From contig NC_068992.1 of NCBI RefSeq assembly GCF_001194135.2, positions 65,084,149-65,148,148 on the forward strand: a stretch of DNA of 64,000 bases. The letters are read 5' to 3'. The DNA is from Octopus bimaculoides. Its lineage: Eukaryota. The translations under genes and the position numbers were made by a program. Below the pieces are notes generated by a model that ran no database searches, was not told where the DNA came from, and was given only the letters and a program-made list of their open reading frames with translations. This document shows positions 1-13,000 of the stretch, piece by piece (positions within the stretch are counted from its first letter, which is position 1; each line of letters opens with the position of its first letter).

Positions 1-1473
1 GATAATAAGGGATATCACTAATAAACATGCAGTGATATTAACGTGATAAAGAGAAATATTACTCTCTTCGGAAATATCGGTGCTTGTTACAGATTGTGAA
101 TATATATTAGTATTATTATTAATTTTTACATTTTGCCTGATAGCTTTACCTCGATGTTGATGTAAATGGTTGTACGATTTAAGGTCATTATCTGAATGCC
201 TACATGTTGTAAATATATGCTTTCTAATCCGCTCTGCGTGAGCTGCAAAAGGAAGAGAATATACACATGTAGATCTAAATACTTATAAATACATGTAGAT
301 CTAAATATCAATATGGCGTCGTACAAGTCAGAAATGTATCGACATCTACCGTAATGAATCAAATAACAAAACGTTCATATGATATCTAAGGTTCCTCTGA
401 CATTGCTATCATTTGTTGTAACAGAGTTTGTGTTGTTGTTGCTGATGATGTTGTGGATGTAATGGAAGAAAATATATACCAATTCCTCCATTTATTCAAT
501 CTAACCGTAGTCTTTCCCTCTTTCGTTTTCTCCTTTTCTTCTTCTCTTTTTATTCATGTCTACGTACATACACATTAATCCATCCCTATCCAGTACGTGT
601 GTGTGAGTATATATATATATGTATTATATAAGTATACACACATATGTATATAATTTGAGGATATATTAACTTCGTAAAACGATGGTTGCATCCAAGGAAA
701 TATGGGTTCAGTACTTAGTATTTAGGCGGAATGAAACTACCTTAAGACAATAGCTATATACCAAGCATATAGTTTATATTGTTTCTTAGACTAGAATAAA
801 TATATCTAAATAAAGAAAAAATAACACTGTTGATCGGTCTGGCGTTCGGTTCGTTTGTTTCTATCATAATTTAATTGTTTGCTCCTTCTGGGCTATTATA
901 AAGGCCTTTATATTTTTGTTGATTGAACCCTTTCATTCCAATATTGAATTCCTGAGGAAAAGCCTAATTTGTGATTTCAAAAGGATTATTTTCAAAGAGC
1001 CCTGGATTCGTTGCAGCGCTAATCTTCTAATTCGGTGCGTCCTTTCTGGTTTTGTGAAACCCAGTTCCTCAACATGAATACGGAAATAGGTTGTCACGTA
1101 ACCAAGTGTTTCAATAATTTTAGTTAGCAATCAAATTCTATAATCCGGATGCAGATTTCTGGTTGGTTCGGCACTGATGATTTCTCTTTCAATAATCTTA
1201 TCATATCCGTTTGTATGTGCGACTCCATACTCTGTTCTTTACTTATTTTCTTTCTCTCTCTCTGTCTCTATCCCTCTATAATCCTCTCTATTACACAGAT
1301 CGTCTGAACCTAACGGCCCTCAATGTCTGTCTTCGTCGATTGTTTACTCTGTACGTCCATTCTGGTGTCGTTTGTCCGTTCGAAGCCCTAACTCTCCATG
1401 AATTTTATATTTTAAAAATTTCTGGATGCTGCTGTGAAATGGAATTTTCCTGTCTTGTCGTTGAAAACTCGAA

Positions 1474-1590
1474 ATGGTTAGTAATAAACAGTTGACACCT
1501 GAGGAGGATGTCCAGTCAGGTGGTGAAGGAGATTTGGTCCCTACAGCCGCGAAACCAGAGCAGCCCTCGGCCACCAACCGATGTAGGTGA
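1474..1590 (+). CDS. Candidate short coding exon/ORF (MVSNKQLTPEEDVQSGGEGDLVPTAAKPEQPSATNRCR*), product unknown
   Basis: 1492-1586 is about 58% GC in an AT-rich background. ATG at 1474, possible acceptor aaacAG at 1490-1491 and weak donor GTGAAA at 1587. No homology recognised. Confidence 0.2.
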   Translation: MVSNKQLTPEEDVQSGGEGDLVPTAAKPEQPSATNRCR

Positions 1591-1719
1591 AAAATATTGC
1601 ATGACCTTAAAATCACAAAGCTACAATATAAAGTATGACAGATTCTAAACAATGTGAATGAATTAGTATTAAGTATAACGAAAGCTAAAGGGTAATGAAA
1701 AAATAGAACAGAAAAGTTG

Positions 1720-1806
1720 AAACATCGAATGGTTATGATGCTCCAATTGAGTAAAATATGAATCCAAGACCTCCATAAGTAAAATAAAAATGGTTGAGAA
1801 CCACTG
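1720..1806 (-). mobile_element. Probable terminus of a non-autonomous hAT-type DNA transposon (single end)
   Basis: The minus strand reads CAGTGGTTCTCAACC from 1806 (plus GGTTGAGAACCACTG, 1792-1806), a typical hAT/Charlie-type TIR start. The partner TIR was not found. Confidence 0.4.
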
Positions 1807-2797
1807 AATTAGAAGTGGCCACTCTGAGCCAAATGTTTCTGTCATCCTCAATGCTCTTACTCGCTCTTTTATATCATGTTTCGAAATCACGACCTAAGCA
1901 TTACCATAAAGTATTTAATGTTATCTAAGTAGTCGTTGTCTTCCTGGTTGTGTTCGATATTTTATTTGAATTCGTTAATGATGCGCTATTGATCGACTTC
2001 ATTATAATCATTTACTAAGTACATTATCATTCTTCGTAGTATTTGATTGTGGAAAGTGTCAACATTACTGCTATCGTTCATGTTCTCGCCACCAAATGTC
2101 CTCCTCTGCGCTTTCGCCATCATTGTCAACGTTGCCATCGTCGTCAGCGTATGAGATTAATAGCAGCAGCAGCGGCAGCGGTACCAACATTACAACATTT
2201 ATCATGATAATGGTGATCATCATCGTCATCATTAATGGCATATTTGACGTCATTATTGCTGGTGTCTCTCTTGTTTAAAACCAGAAAGAGGAAGGTCAGA
2301 AATGAAAGCAGGAAATGGAACGAGAAATGAGAAATACAAAAAAAAAAAAAAACTTACAAAGAAAAAAAAGAGATAGAGAGAGAAGGAATAAGAAAGAGAG
2401 AGAAGGAGGAAATGTGAAAGAGAGAGAAGCATGACAAAAATATAAGAAGATAATAGAAATATCATTCTTGATTCTAGGTTTTATTACAAGAGAGCGAATC
2501 CTTCCTTCCCACCTCTATTTCTCTACCACCCTTTCTCAACCTCTAATCTCCTCTTCTTCCTCGTCCCCTCTCTCTCTCTGTATCTCGGTCTCTCCTCCTC
2601 TTCATCAACGTCTTTTAACATGAAACAAGAGACGACAAATGAACTCAACGAACGCGTCGCTTAGCGAGGAGTGAAGAAAACGTTGAGGTAAAGGGCGATA
2701 ATCATCAGAGGCCAAACAGGAAATTAGATCATTTGGAATTTGCATTCGTTCCCCGTGTTTACAATATTGTCTACATTGGATGCGGTTAATTGTATTT

Positions 2798-2801
<4 letters not shown>

Positions 2802-2860
<59 letters not shown>

Positions 2861-2965
2861 NNNNNNNNNNNNNNNNNNNNNNNNNNNNNNNNNNNNNNNN
2901 NNNNNNNNNNNNNNNNNNNNNNNNNNNNNNNNNNNNNNNNNNNNNNNNNNNNNNNNNNNNNNNNN

Positions 2966-3039
<74 letters not shown>

Positions 3040-3054
3040 TATTATTATTATTAC

Positions 3055-3097
<43 letters not shown>
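2802..3097. repeat. Compound microsatellite (GA)n - gap - (TAT)n
   Basis: (GA)n 2802-2860, N-gap 2861-2965, (TAT)n 2966-3097 seen directly. Confidence 0.95.
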
Positions 3098-3245
3098 GCA
3101 GCTGTTGTTTTGGCTGTAATACACAGGTAGCAGTGCACATATATCATGAATATACGCACACACATACACGCACGTACACACACGCCCACATACACACACG
3201 CATTCACGCACACAAGCGCTCACACGCACATAGACACGTAAATAC

Positions 3246-3293
<48 letters not shown>

Positions 3294-4820
3294 GTATGTA
3301 TATGTATGTGTGTATATCTATGTAAATATGTATATACATATATATGTGCATGTATGTATGTATGTATGTGCATATATATATATATGTATACACACACATA
3401 CACATATATATGCCTATGTATATAGTTATGCACTCGCACACACGCATACCACAGTAAGATATATGAGACAAGGGAATCCTTGACGAAATTGATTGAGCGT
3501 AATTAATACAAATAGCTATTAGTTTGGAGACTATATATGTATATATATATATATATATATAGATATATATATATATATNNNNNNNNNNNNNNNNNNNNNN
3601 NNNNNNNNNNNNNNNNNNNNNNNNNNNNNCGTATATATATATATATATATATGTATATGCGTGCGTGTGCATTTGTATGTGTGTATATGTGTGTGTGTGT
3701 ATGTATATACTTATATATATATATATATATATATGTATTTATAAATATGTATACGTATGTATCTTTGCGTATGTGTTTGCGTAAATGTTAACATTCGACT
3801 AAAACGTATTTTTGCTCAACCGTTCGTCATCAGCGCTATTCAAAGTGAGAATTGACTGCAGGCGAAACGAAATACATTTTGTATGGCGCAGAACATGTCT
3901 CTCCACTTAACTAATAATCTTAGGAAGACACAGCTAAAAAATATTTCGCAGCGGTTTTTGTTGTTTAGCAAATTTAATCAGGACTGATCGAGAGTCTTGA
4001 TAGAATACAATTATTCGTCTGAGCGAGCATAAATTTATCCGGGGATCTACCGTTTAACATATACCACGCCTACTCGTAACCGTGGAGCATACTGTTGACT
4101 CCACCTTCCAGTGGTGCATCGTACAATGAACAGCGTCGCTGAATTAGTCGTGTTGTACTCTGCCCTTTTCTCTATGGTGTTCGGCTGTCTGCACCATTCT
4201 GCAATCAGGAATTAAGCTGTAGTCGTATTCACGACGAACACTCACATCCCATGCTGTTGATGCCACTTTCCATGGTGCCACTAGAGAGCCGTCACTAGGT
4301 GTGATGCATAAAGATTGTGTTGGCCAGGTACAATAAGTCTGGGTGGAAGGTATGAAGATCCTTGTTGGCCAGGTACAGTAATTCTGGGGTGTGATATATG
4401 AAATTTACTAAACAATCTTTATCTCCAATCCTCGTCTGATCGTTCGATTTTACCGAATTATAATGAAAGTGAGGAGGAACAATATCGTGGCAAAATTTGG
4501 TCGTAGGGTGAAGGATAAAACAAACCCCCTGTATTAAAGAAATTTCAAAGGACTGTTAGTTGATGTGTTACCCTTGCGAGAGTAAGATATTTGAGAGAAG
4601 GAGAGGGGTGCTCGGAGTAGATGAAAGTGGAAAGACAGAAAAGATACAGTAGCATAAGCGATAACAAAAACTCCTGGGAACTAACATTTGCAATTTGGAG
4701 AAAACAGAAAATGATTACCAGGAGACGCCATTGTTTTTGTCATCATCTGGCGACAATGAAGAAGACAACATTTGAAATCAATATCATCAGTATTGTTGTT
4801 GCTGCTGTTGCCATTGCTTG

Positions 4821-5060
4821 GGCGGCCAGCTGGCAGAATCGATAGCATGCCGGAAAAATACTCAACAGTATCTCGTCCGCCATTATAGTCTGAAGTCCAA
4901 ATTTCGTTGGGGTTCGATTCTACCTTTCATCCTTTGTGGGGTTCAATACAATAAGTACCCGTTGAGTACCCGTTGAGTAAGAAAGTCGATGTAATTGACG
5001 ATTTCCCTCTCCTTCAAAATTTCAGGGCTTCTAACTTTAGTGGGGACAATTATTATTATT
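4821..5060 (+). mobile_element. SINE, working family A (tRNA-derived, octopus type), diverged near-full copy
   Basis: GGCGGCCAGCTGGCAGAATCG head, TACCTTTCATCCTTT...ATAAGTACC core and (ATT)n tail. Aligns by eye with 43503-43722. Contains an 11-bp tandem duplication GTACCCGTTGA at 4955-4976. Confidence 0.75.
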
Positions 5061-5189
5061 ATCAATATATTAACGAACAGATCACTAATATCATTTATCA
5101 TATTTAAACTAAGCAGACAAGTGTATTGCACATACGAATTAGAAGAGCTACCAACCACCTACTAACACGATATATACATATACATATAC

Positions 5190-5390
5190 ATGCACATACA
5201 TACATACATACGTAAATACATACATACATATGTATATATAACTTATAAGTGTACGTATGTATGTATGTATGTATGTATGTATGTATGTATGTATGTATGT
5301 GTGTATGTATGTATGTATGTATGTATGTATGTATGTATGTATGTACGTATGTATGTATGTAGGTGTGTATGTATGTATGTATGTATGTAT
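5190..5390. repeat. (CATA)n/(TATG)n tetranucleotide microsatellite
   Basis: Seen directly. Source of the MYVC/IHTY pseudo-ORFs. Confidence 0.95.
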
Positions 5391-6162
5391 GCTATCCATG
5401 GCTGTGCTAGTCATATGTTATTCCTCTAAAATTCTTTATCTGATTCCATAAATCCGTAAAAGCTAGTTCTTGATGACACCTCAATAAAGCTTGGGAATCG
5501 GGCAGCTACCCCACTTTTCTAACCATGATGAGTTTTTTATACACTCGTCAGATATATATGTCTGTTATGTGTTTATAGTTATGTCTNNNNNNNNNNNNNN
5601 NNNNNNNNNNNNNNNNNNNNNNNNNNNNNNNNNNNNNNNNNNNNNNNNNNNNNNNNNNNNNNNNNNNNNNNNNNNNNNNNNNNNNNNNNNNNNNNNNNNN
5701 NNNNNNNNNNNNNNNNNNNNNNNNNNNNNNNNNNNNNNNNNNNNNNNNNNNNNNNNNNNNNNNNNNNNNNNNNNNNNNNNNNNNNNNNNNNNNNNNNNNN
5801 TATATATATATATATGTATCTGTGTCTGTATGCGTGCTTGTATACAGAAATAGATAGATACATAGATCGATCGATAGATAGATAAACTGATACAAACAAA
5901 TATAGATATATAAATATGCACATATAAATATGTGTGCATACACACACATATGCAGATACATAATATATGTATATATGTCTATATATTCCCAACACCTGCT
6001 TGTGAGTATATATGTTTTTTCTTGTCGATGTTGTAAAATAACATTTCTAGCGACTGAAATAACATTTGTCATAAATACGAGACGGAGACGTGGATATACA
6101 TATATATGTCTCTCTCTCTCTATATATATATATATATAAACATATATATATATACATACAAA

Positions 6163-6227
<65 letters not shown>

Positions 6228-8185
6228 GCGTATACACAAAATATATAATATGTATATGCATGAATGTTTGTATATGATGCAGCAAATGGAAGCCCTTGAA
6301 GCAACGACATCAAATACTGTCACGAAAATCCTAAATATGTGCTATAAAACTGATGTCGATATTATTGCGTTCCTGAGAGTAATTCAATTTTAAGTTACAG
6401 CCTGAATACTCGCAGGCACCCACGTAGTTGCACACATGCACATACACATACGCACAAAAGTATGGAAACGCTAGCGTGTTGCTATATAAATACACTCGTA
6501 AAAAAATATTGTTGAATATACATAAGTTTGAATTTATACATAGTTTTGTGTAGGTTTGTGTAGGTGTACATTAATTGTTTGTTGTTTGTATATTTTACCA
6601 TATGTACATGTGAGTGCTTATGCACACACACACATACACACACACATATATGAATTTTACGTATAATACGCTTGATTTTTATTTCGTGCACTTTATATGT
6701 TATGGAACAATCAGCGTATATTCATTCTCTTTCTGGGCGGTTGTTTGTCGCTGTACGTCTCCCTCTTTCGCCTCTTGTGCTTATTTTTATGGTTCACTCA
6801 GAGAAGGATTCTCACCAATTATCACGTTTAAAACGCCTTAAATTGAAAGACAGAGATCAGAAGCTTTCTTGGCTGGAAACAAATGTGAACGAACATGTTA
6901 CGGTAGTGGTGGAATATATCACTAATGTACTTGAGAAGAACATATTTTTTTCAGTTCTGATAGAAGCAGTACTGAGGTGAGACAGGTTATATAGGAGTTA
7001 GCAGCAAGGGAAGAATTAGTGAATGGAAATTTGTAAATCAGCACCCTTATGTTTTTAATTATTCAAAGAATAATATAAATTCGGTTATGAAATACATTTT
7101 AAAATTTAAAACAGCCTTCTCATATTCCGATATAACTTCTCTTCAATTTTATATCAAGCACTTTGTGTAAAACCGTGACTGTTATTNNNNNNNNNNNNNN
7201 NNNNNNNNNNNNNNNNNNNNNNNNNNNNNNNNNNNNNNNNNNNNNNNNNNNNNNNNNNNNNNNNNNNNNNNNNNNNNNNNNNNNNNNNNNNNNNNNNNNN
7301 NNNNNNNNNNNNNNNNNNNNNNNNNNNNNNNNNNNNNNNNNNNNNNNNNNNNNNNNNNNNNNNNNNNNNNNNNNNNNNNNNNATATATGAGTTCTGTAAA
7401 CATAGATATCAGGAAGCAATATCTAACTGTTAGCCGCAGCCAATAATTTTAGGACGTAGTTCAAACGCTCTCTGATCATGTTTCGATTCCCATTTCCTGA
7501 AATTTCATTCCAGTCACATACCGAAAACATTATAAAAAATCTCAACTCTTCATATATATATATATATATATATATATACACCCCCACACACACGCATACA
7601 CACACATGCATATATGTATATATGTATGTATGTGTATATATATATATATATATATATGTATATAGACATATATGTATGTTTCTATATATGTATATATTTG
7701 CGTATATAGTTGACATCTGCTTGTAGATATATTATAGATCTATTAGAAAACTTTCGGTTTAGTATATATTGTATCGATCTTCGGTCAGCTTATAAGAGTA
7801 AAATCTTAAGAAACATCAAAAGATATCTTGAAAACTATAATCGACTCTTATCAACATGGAGATAACATTTATAATATTTTGTTTACTATTAAATAATGGC
7901 GTTCACCTCCCCGTATTTTCGACGATGTAGAGGATAAATTTTGATTCATTATCCATGGAGCAAGATTCTCGAAACTTATAAACGAGGAAAAAATGTGAAA
8001 AAGGAAAATATTCGATAAGATAGAAATACTTTTAAAATATTGGTGAAATAATTGGGTTGGAATTAACTATGTTGAATTAACACACGTCAGTTTGCTTCTC
8101 GTATATAAATAATAGCTTCATCTGCACCTAGCTTAACACACCCGCACATATACATGCTGAAAATAGACACGCATCTATCCTGCCG

Positions 8186-8216
<31 letters not shown>

Positions 8217-8284
8217 AGAACAATACATAAATAACAATCCCTTCATCAGTTGTCCCCTGTTTTATCTACTCCGCGTTTCGAAGG

Positions 8285-8333
<49 letters not shown>

Positions 8334-9029
8334 TACACACATACATATTTATATATATATGCATATACGCACATACATATATATGTGTGTGCGCGTGTAT
8401 GCATATAGCCATATGTGTATATATGCATGTATGTGCATACACACACATCCTCTTCTTCTCTCACATACGCGCGCGTATATATAACATGTCGGCATTCGCA
8501 ATCGTCTTGGAATTATTTTAATTAAGTGCTAACAATGCCATCATTATTTACAGCAACAAGTGTTCTCTGCTAGTAAAAGAAGATTCCATAATACCATTTT
8601 AATTTCTCATTGAAGCCACATATCCGGTTTAGGCTATTTTACTTCACTTATGTCGATAATGCTATTTCAAGAATAAATTTTTGTCAGATGATAAAATTGT
8701 ATTAAATCTAAAGAATTCAGAATTTACGACGAGTACCAATAAACTAGTTCAAAAATTCTTTATTGATATCTTCTATTACGTCATTTTCTCTGAAGTTATC
8801 AAAATCCAACGATGCAAATGTCATTCACTATTTGCGATTAGTTAAGAAAAAACATATTTTATACGAATTATGGTTCTATAAAAACAATTCAAATCAAGTT
8901 TAAAAAGACTGCTTTATTTTCCAACATTCTCAAGAGAAGAGATCTTGCTTTATTTTTAAACTTGTCCGCAGTATAAAAGAACTTGATTTAACAATATGGT
9001 GAATATTATATGACAGCGAAGCTGTCCCA

Positions 9030-9145
9030 ACTGGTTGGTAGTTTATCAGTCGAAGGTAATCCTGTAGATTTATGTCAAATCATTGGTTCTGTAGCGATGT
9101 ATCAAATGTTAATATTGCGGCCATATTGGTGCACAGTCTTTAAAT
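9030..9145 (-). mobile_element. Highly diverged SINE family B 3' fragment
   Basis: TGCGGCCATATTGGTGCACAGTCTTT resembles the reverse complement of the family B motif AAGGCAGTGCCCCAGCATGGCCGCA. Confidence 0.4.
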
Positions 9146-9736
9146 TGCTGTTGTTGTTTGTTTCCATGTGAGTCACGATCGAGCAGACATATGATCAAAC
9201 ACTCGCTCGATGTGACCGTTATGTCTTTTGATAGATATAATTTATCTTAGCTTTATCTATTTCAGACTACACAATACAATATGTAATTTGTGTGATTTTA
9301 GGGGTATCGTTATCTAATGTGACCATTCCATATTTAGACGGGATGATGTCCTTTGAGGGAGACTTGACCATATAATCAGTTAAAGGCTCCTTCTATAACA
9401 TATTGTGGAGAATGTTATGATAATTGTGACACACATAACACTCCTCAGCTGCATTCGAAAGCTTTTCCTGCCTCCAGTTATATCACCTATCTACCAATCT
9501 CTCCGTTACCTAGTTTATGTTAGACGAAGAAAATGTCAAACTGCGACAGAAATTTGCTGAGTGATATTTTCTGTGTGTTTAGATCTATTCCTATTTTTAC
9601 TTCTTCACTTTTAAACTTTCATTCGTCGTTCCTTCCTTTTAAATTCGAGAGATTATTTCGTTGGAATTTGTCATTTTCTCACTTATGCGTTAATTATAAA
9701 GAAGAAAATGTGTTTATCGTATTTCTTTTCTTCCAG

Positions 9737-9894
9737 GTAGAATGAAGAAACATTTTGGTTACCCTCAAGGGATTATCCAAGACAAATTATCTTTCACGTC
9801 ACACCATTCTTTCAACATTTTTAGTGAGGAACGATATCGACATTTCTTTATGTTGAATGAAATGACATGGGAGACATTTCGACACAAAATATAA
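9737..9894 (+). CDS. Candidate terminal exon (xRMKKHFGYPQGIIQDKLSFTSHHSFNIFSEERYRHFFMLNEMTWETFRHKI*), product unknown
   Basis: Strong pyrimidine tract and acceptor TTTCTTTTCTTCCAG (AG 9735-9736). Only one of three frames stays open, for 51 codons to TAA 9892-9894. No homology recognised. Confidence 0.2.
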
Positions 9895-12041
9895 AACTCA
9901 ACGTGCAACTGATAAAAAGCATTAACACCTTATATAAATCCATTAACATCATAACTGACTGGTTTCCGAAACATTTTATTCTATAACTAGCAGTCAAAAC
10001 TCAACTACATCCTTAAAACCGTTATATAACTCTTACTATTGTAGATATTCATAGGTGTTTGTATCGCAACATGGTTCTCGGCTGGAACCAACAGCAGGGT
10101 GCCTCGAAGATGTACTTTCCACCATAACGGCATAGAATAATTAATTTCTTAAAAATGAAGTTGTCTTTTTGCTGAAGTCTGGCATATATCTGAGTATTTT
10201 GCCGCTTATAAAATTAGCTAAACTCTAAAGAACTGGCTTCACTGCAAAAATTATAGTAAATGATGGATGTCAACTGAATTCAATAGTTTTGTCATGAACC
10301 AACAACTGAACATATACGAGTAGTTGAAGTCGTTAGAAATAACAGCCAAATTTTCCTCAATTTTTAACCAGAAGTAGATACACAACAAGAGGATGTGAAA
10401 GTCACAACTGCTCAGTCGGATGACCTGCGGTTGAATGATATCAAGTACAAGAACAAGCAATCATTTCCCGTTTATTTCCGACTCATGTCTCTACTCTAAT
10501 CCGCTTGAGAAATAAACGGACGTCATCTTAACTAGTCTTCACAATCTTTCAATACATCCAAGGTCACGTGACAGATGTTTGATAATCTTAGATCAATAGC
10601 ATTTTGGAATATTTAGAAAGTGACGTAGATAGACATTGCATGAAACAACTGTCATTGCTTTGGAGACTATGGTTAACAAGGATAATCCTTCTTTTATCAT
10701 GACTGGATATGTTGAGATGTCATTAAAATTTAGTAACTCACTGGTCATTAGGGAGACATTGGATTAAGCTTGTTTGATCCTTGTTGTAATAGTAAACTAT
10801 TCTTGTGTGGCCGGAATACACTGGCCGTACAACACATATAGGACCATATTCGACTGGGTCATTATTGAACAATACTCGTCTGACTGTAGTCCATTCATTA
10901 ATCATTGAATAATGGAGCAGCTACAGTGATTACGTTAGAATATTCTCTTTCTTGATTAGTGGAGTTCGTGTCGTTGTATTTTGAACGTCTCTACATAATT
11001 TCTTGCGCGCAAAGTAAGAATTCCCCAGGTGTTACAGACAGTTCATACCTGGAAAGAAGACACTGGTTGAAGTACCTAGCGGAGATTGCGAAAAAAGTAT
11101 ATGTGAGGAAAAAGTGTCATTATATTCTCATTGCATATATTTCATTAACGATATATATATATATATATATATANNNNNNNNNNNNNNNNNNNNNNNNNNN
11201 NNNNNNNNNNNNNNNNNNNNNNNNNNNNNNNNNNNNNNNNNNNNNNNNNNNNNNNNNNNNNNNNNNNNNNNNNNNNNNNNNNNNNNNNNNNNNNNNNNNN
11301 NNNNNNNNNNNNNNNNNNNNNNNNNNNNNNNNNNNNNNNNNNNNNNNNNNNNNNNNNNNNNNNNNNNNNNNNNNNNNNNNNNNNNNNNNNNNNNNNNNNN
11401 NNNNNNNNNNNNNNNNNNNNNNNNNNNNNNNNNNNNNNNNNNNNNNNNNNNNNNNNNNNNNNNNNNNNNNNNNNNNNNNNNNNNNNNNNNNNNNNNNNNN
11501 NNNNNNNNNNNNNNNNNNNNNNNNNNNNNNNNNNNNNNNNNNNNNNNNNNNNNNNNNNNNNNNNNNNNNNNNNNNNNNNNNNNNNNNNNNNNNNNNNNNN
11601 NNNNNNNNNNNNNNNNNNNNNNNNNNNNNNNNNNNNNNNNNNNNNNNNNNNNNNNNNNNNNNNNNNNNNNNNNNNNNNNNNNNNNNNNNNNNNNNNNNNN
11701 NNNNNNNNNNNNNNNNNNNNNNNNNNNNNNNNNNNNNNNNNNNNNNNNNNNNNNNNNNNNNNNNNNNNNNNNNNNNNNNNNNNNNNNNNNNNNNNNNNNN
11801 NNNNNNNNNNNNNNNNNNNNNNNNNNNNNNNNNNNNNNNNNNNNNNNNNNNNNNNNNNNNNNNNNNNNNNNNNNNNNNNNNNNNNNNNNNNNNNNNNNNN
11901 NNNNNNNNNNNNNNNNNNNNNNNNNNNNNNNNNNNNNNNNNNNNNNNNNNNNNNNNNNNNNNNNNNNNNNNNNNNNNNNNNNNNNNNNNNNNNNNNNNNN
12001 NNNNNNNNNNNNNNNNNNNNNNNNNNNNNNNNNNNNNNNNN

Positions 12042-12083
<42 letters not shown>

Positions 12084-12097
12084 GGAGAGAGAGGGAG

Positions 12098-12134
<37 letters not shown>

Positions 12135-12205
12135 CGGGGAGGAGTATGAGGAAGTGTGAGGTAGGTATAGGACAATAGAGACCAAGTTAATGCGACAATG
12201 AGCTG

Positions 12206-12252
<47 letters not shown>

Positions 12253-12264
12253 ATGCACAAAAAC

Positions 12265-12296
<32 letters not shown>

Positions 12297-12960
12297 ACAT
12301 ATACTTACATACATATACATACTCACAAATAAGAATTTCTCTCGGCCTTTAAAGCCAGATTTCCCAAGAGGAAGTTCTGTTAAACGTTGTCTAATGAAGA
12401 GACGAACAGATTCAACTCGCTTTAATTGATCGCCAACAAACGAAGACACATGATATAATGTTTGTTATTTCCTTAGTGATTATGAGGTGCTTTATATACA
12501 CCCAGCTCATTGACAAGATCATCTGTCAAAGCATCTGCAGAAATACACTTTTCTAACCAAACCTACTAATCAACTCTACTAGTGCTCGTGGTACTCACCA
12601 GCAATAACTGTACAATAGCACAATTGTTCCGTCTTCATTACCATTTGCAATACATCAAATCAAATATTGTGCTTTAATGCACGCATTTTTGTGCTCCATC
12701 TTTCCTTTTCACACACATATACAAACACAAACACACACGCGCGTATATATACACGTACACACCCAATATGAATAAATATTTACATTCTTGAACATGCTTG
12801 CACACACACACACGTATATATACTTGTATATATATATATATATACGTGCGTGTGCATGCACACCAGAATACGTGTTCCCATTCATTGTGTGTAAAGATAC
12901 ATTTCTGTATGTGTGTGTATGTGTGCGCTTGCCTGTAAGCGTCAATGTATGTGTATCACA

Positions 12961-13000
<40 letters not shown>

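Noticed and set aside
933-1130. 65-aa minus ORF (…EELGFTKPERTHRIRRLALQRIQGSL…) that looks protein-like
   Set aside because: TTG start, no homology recognised and no supporting splice sites.
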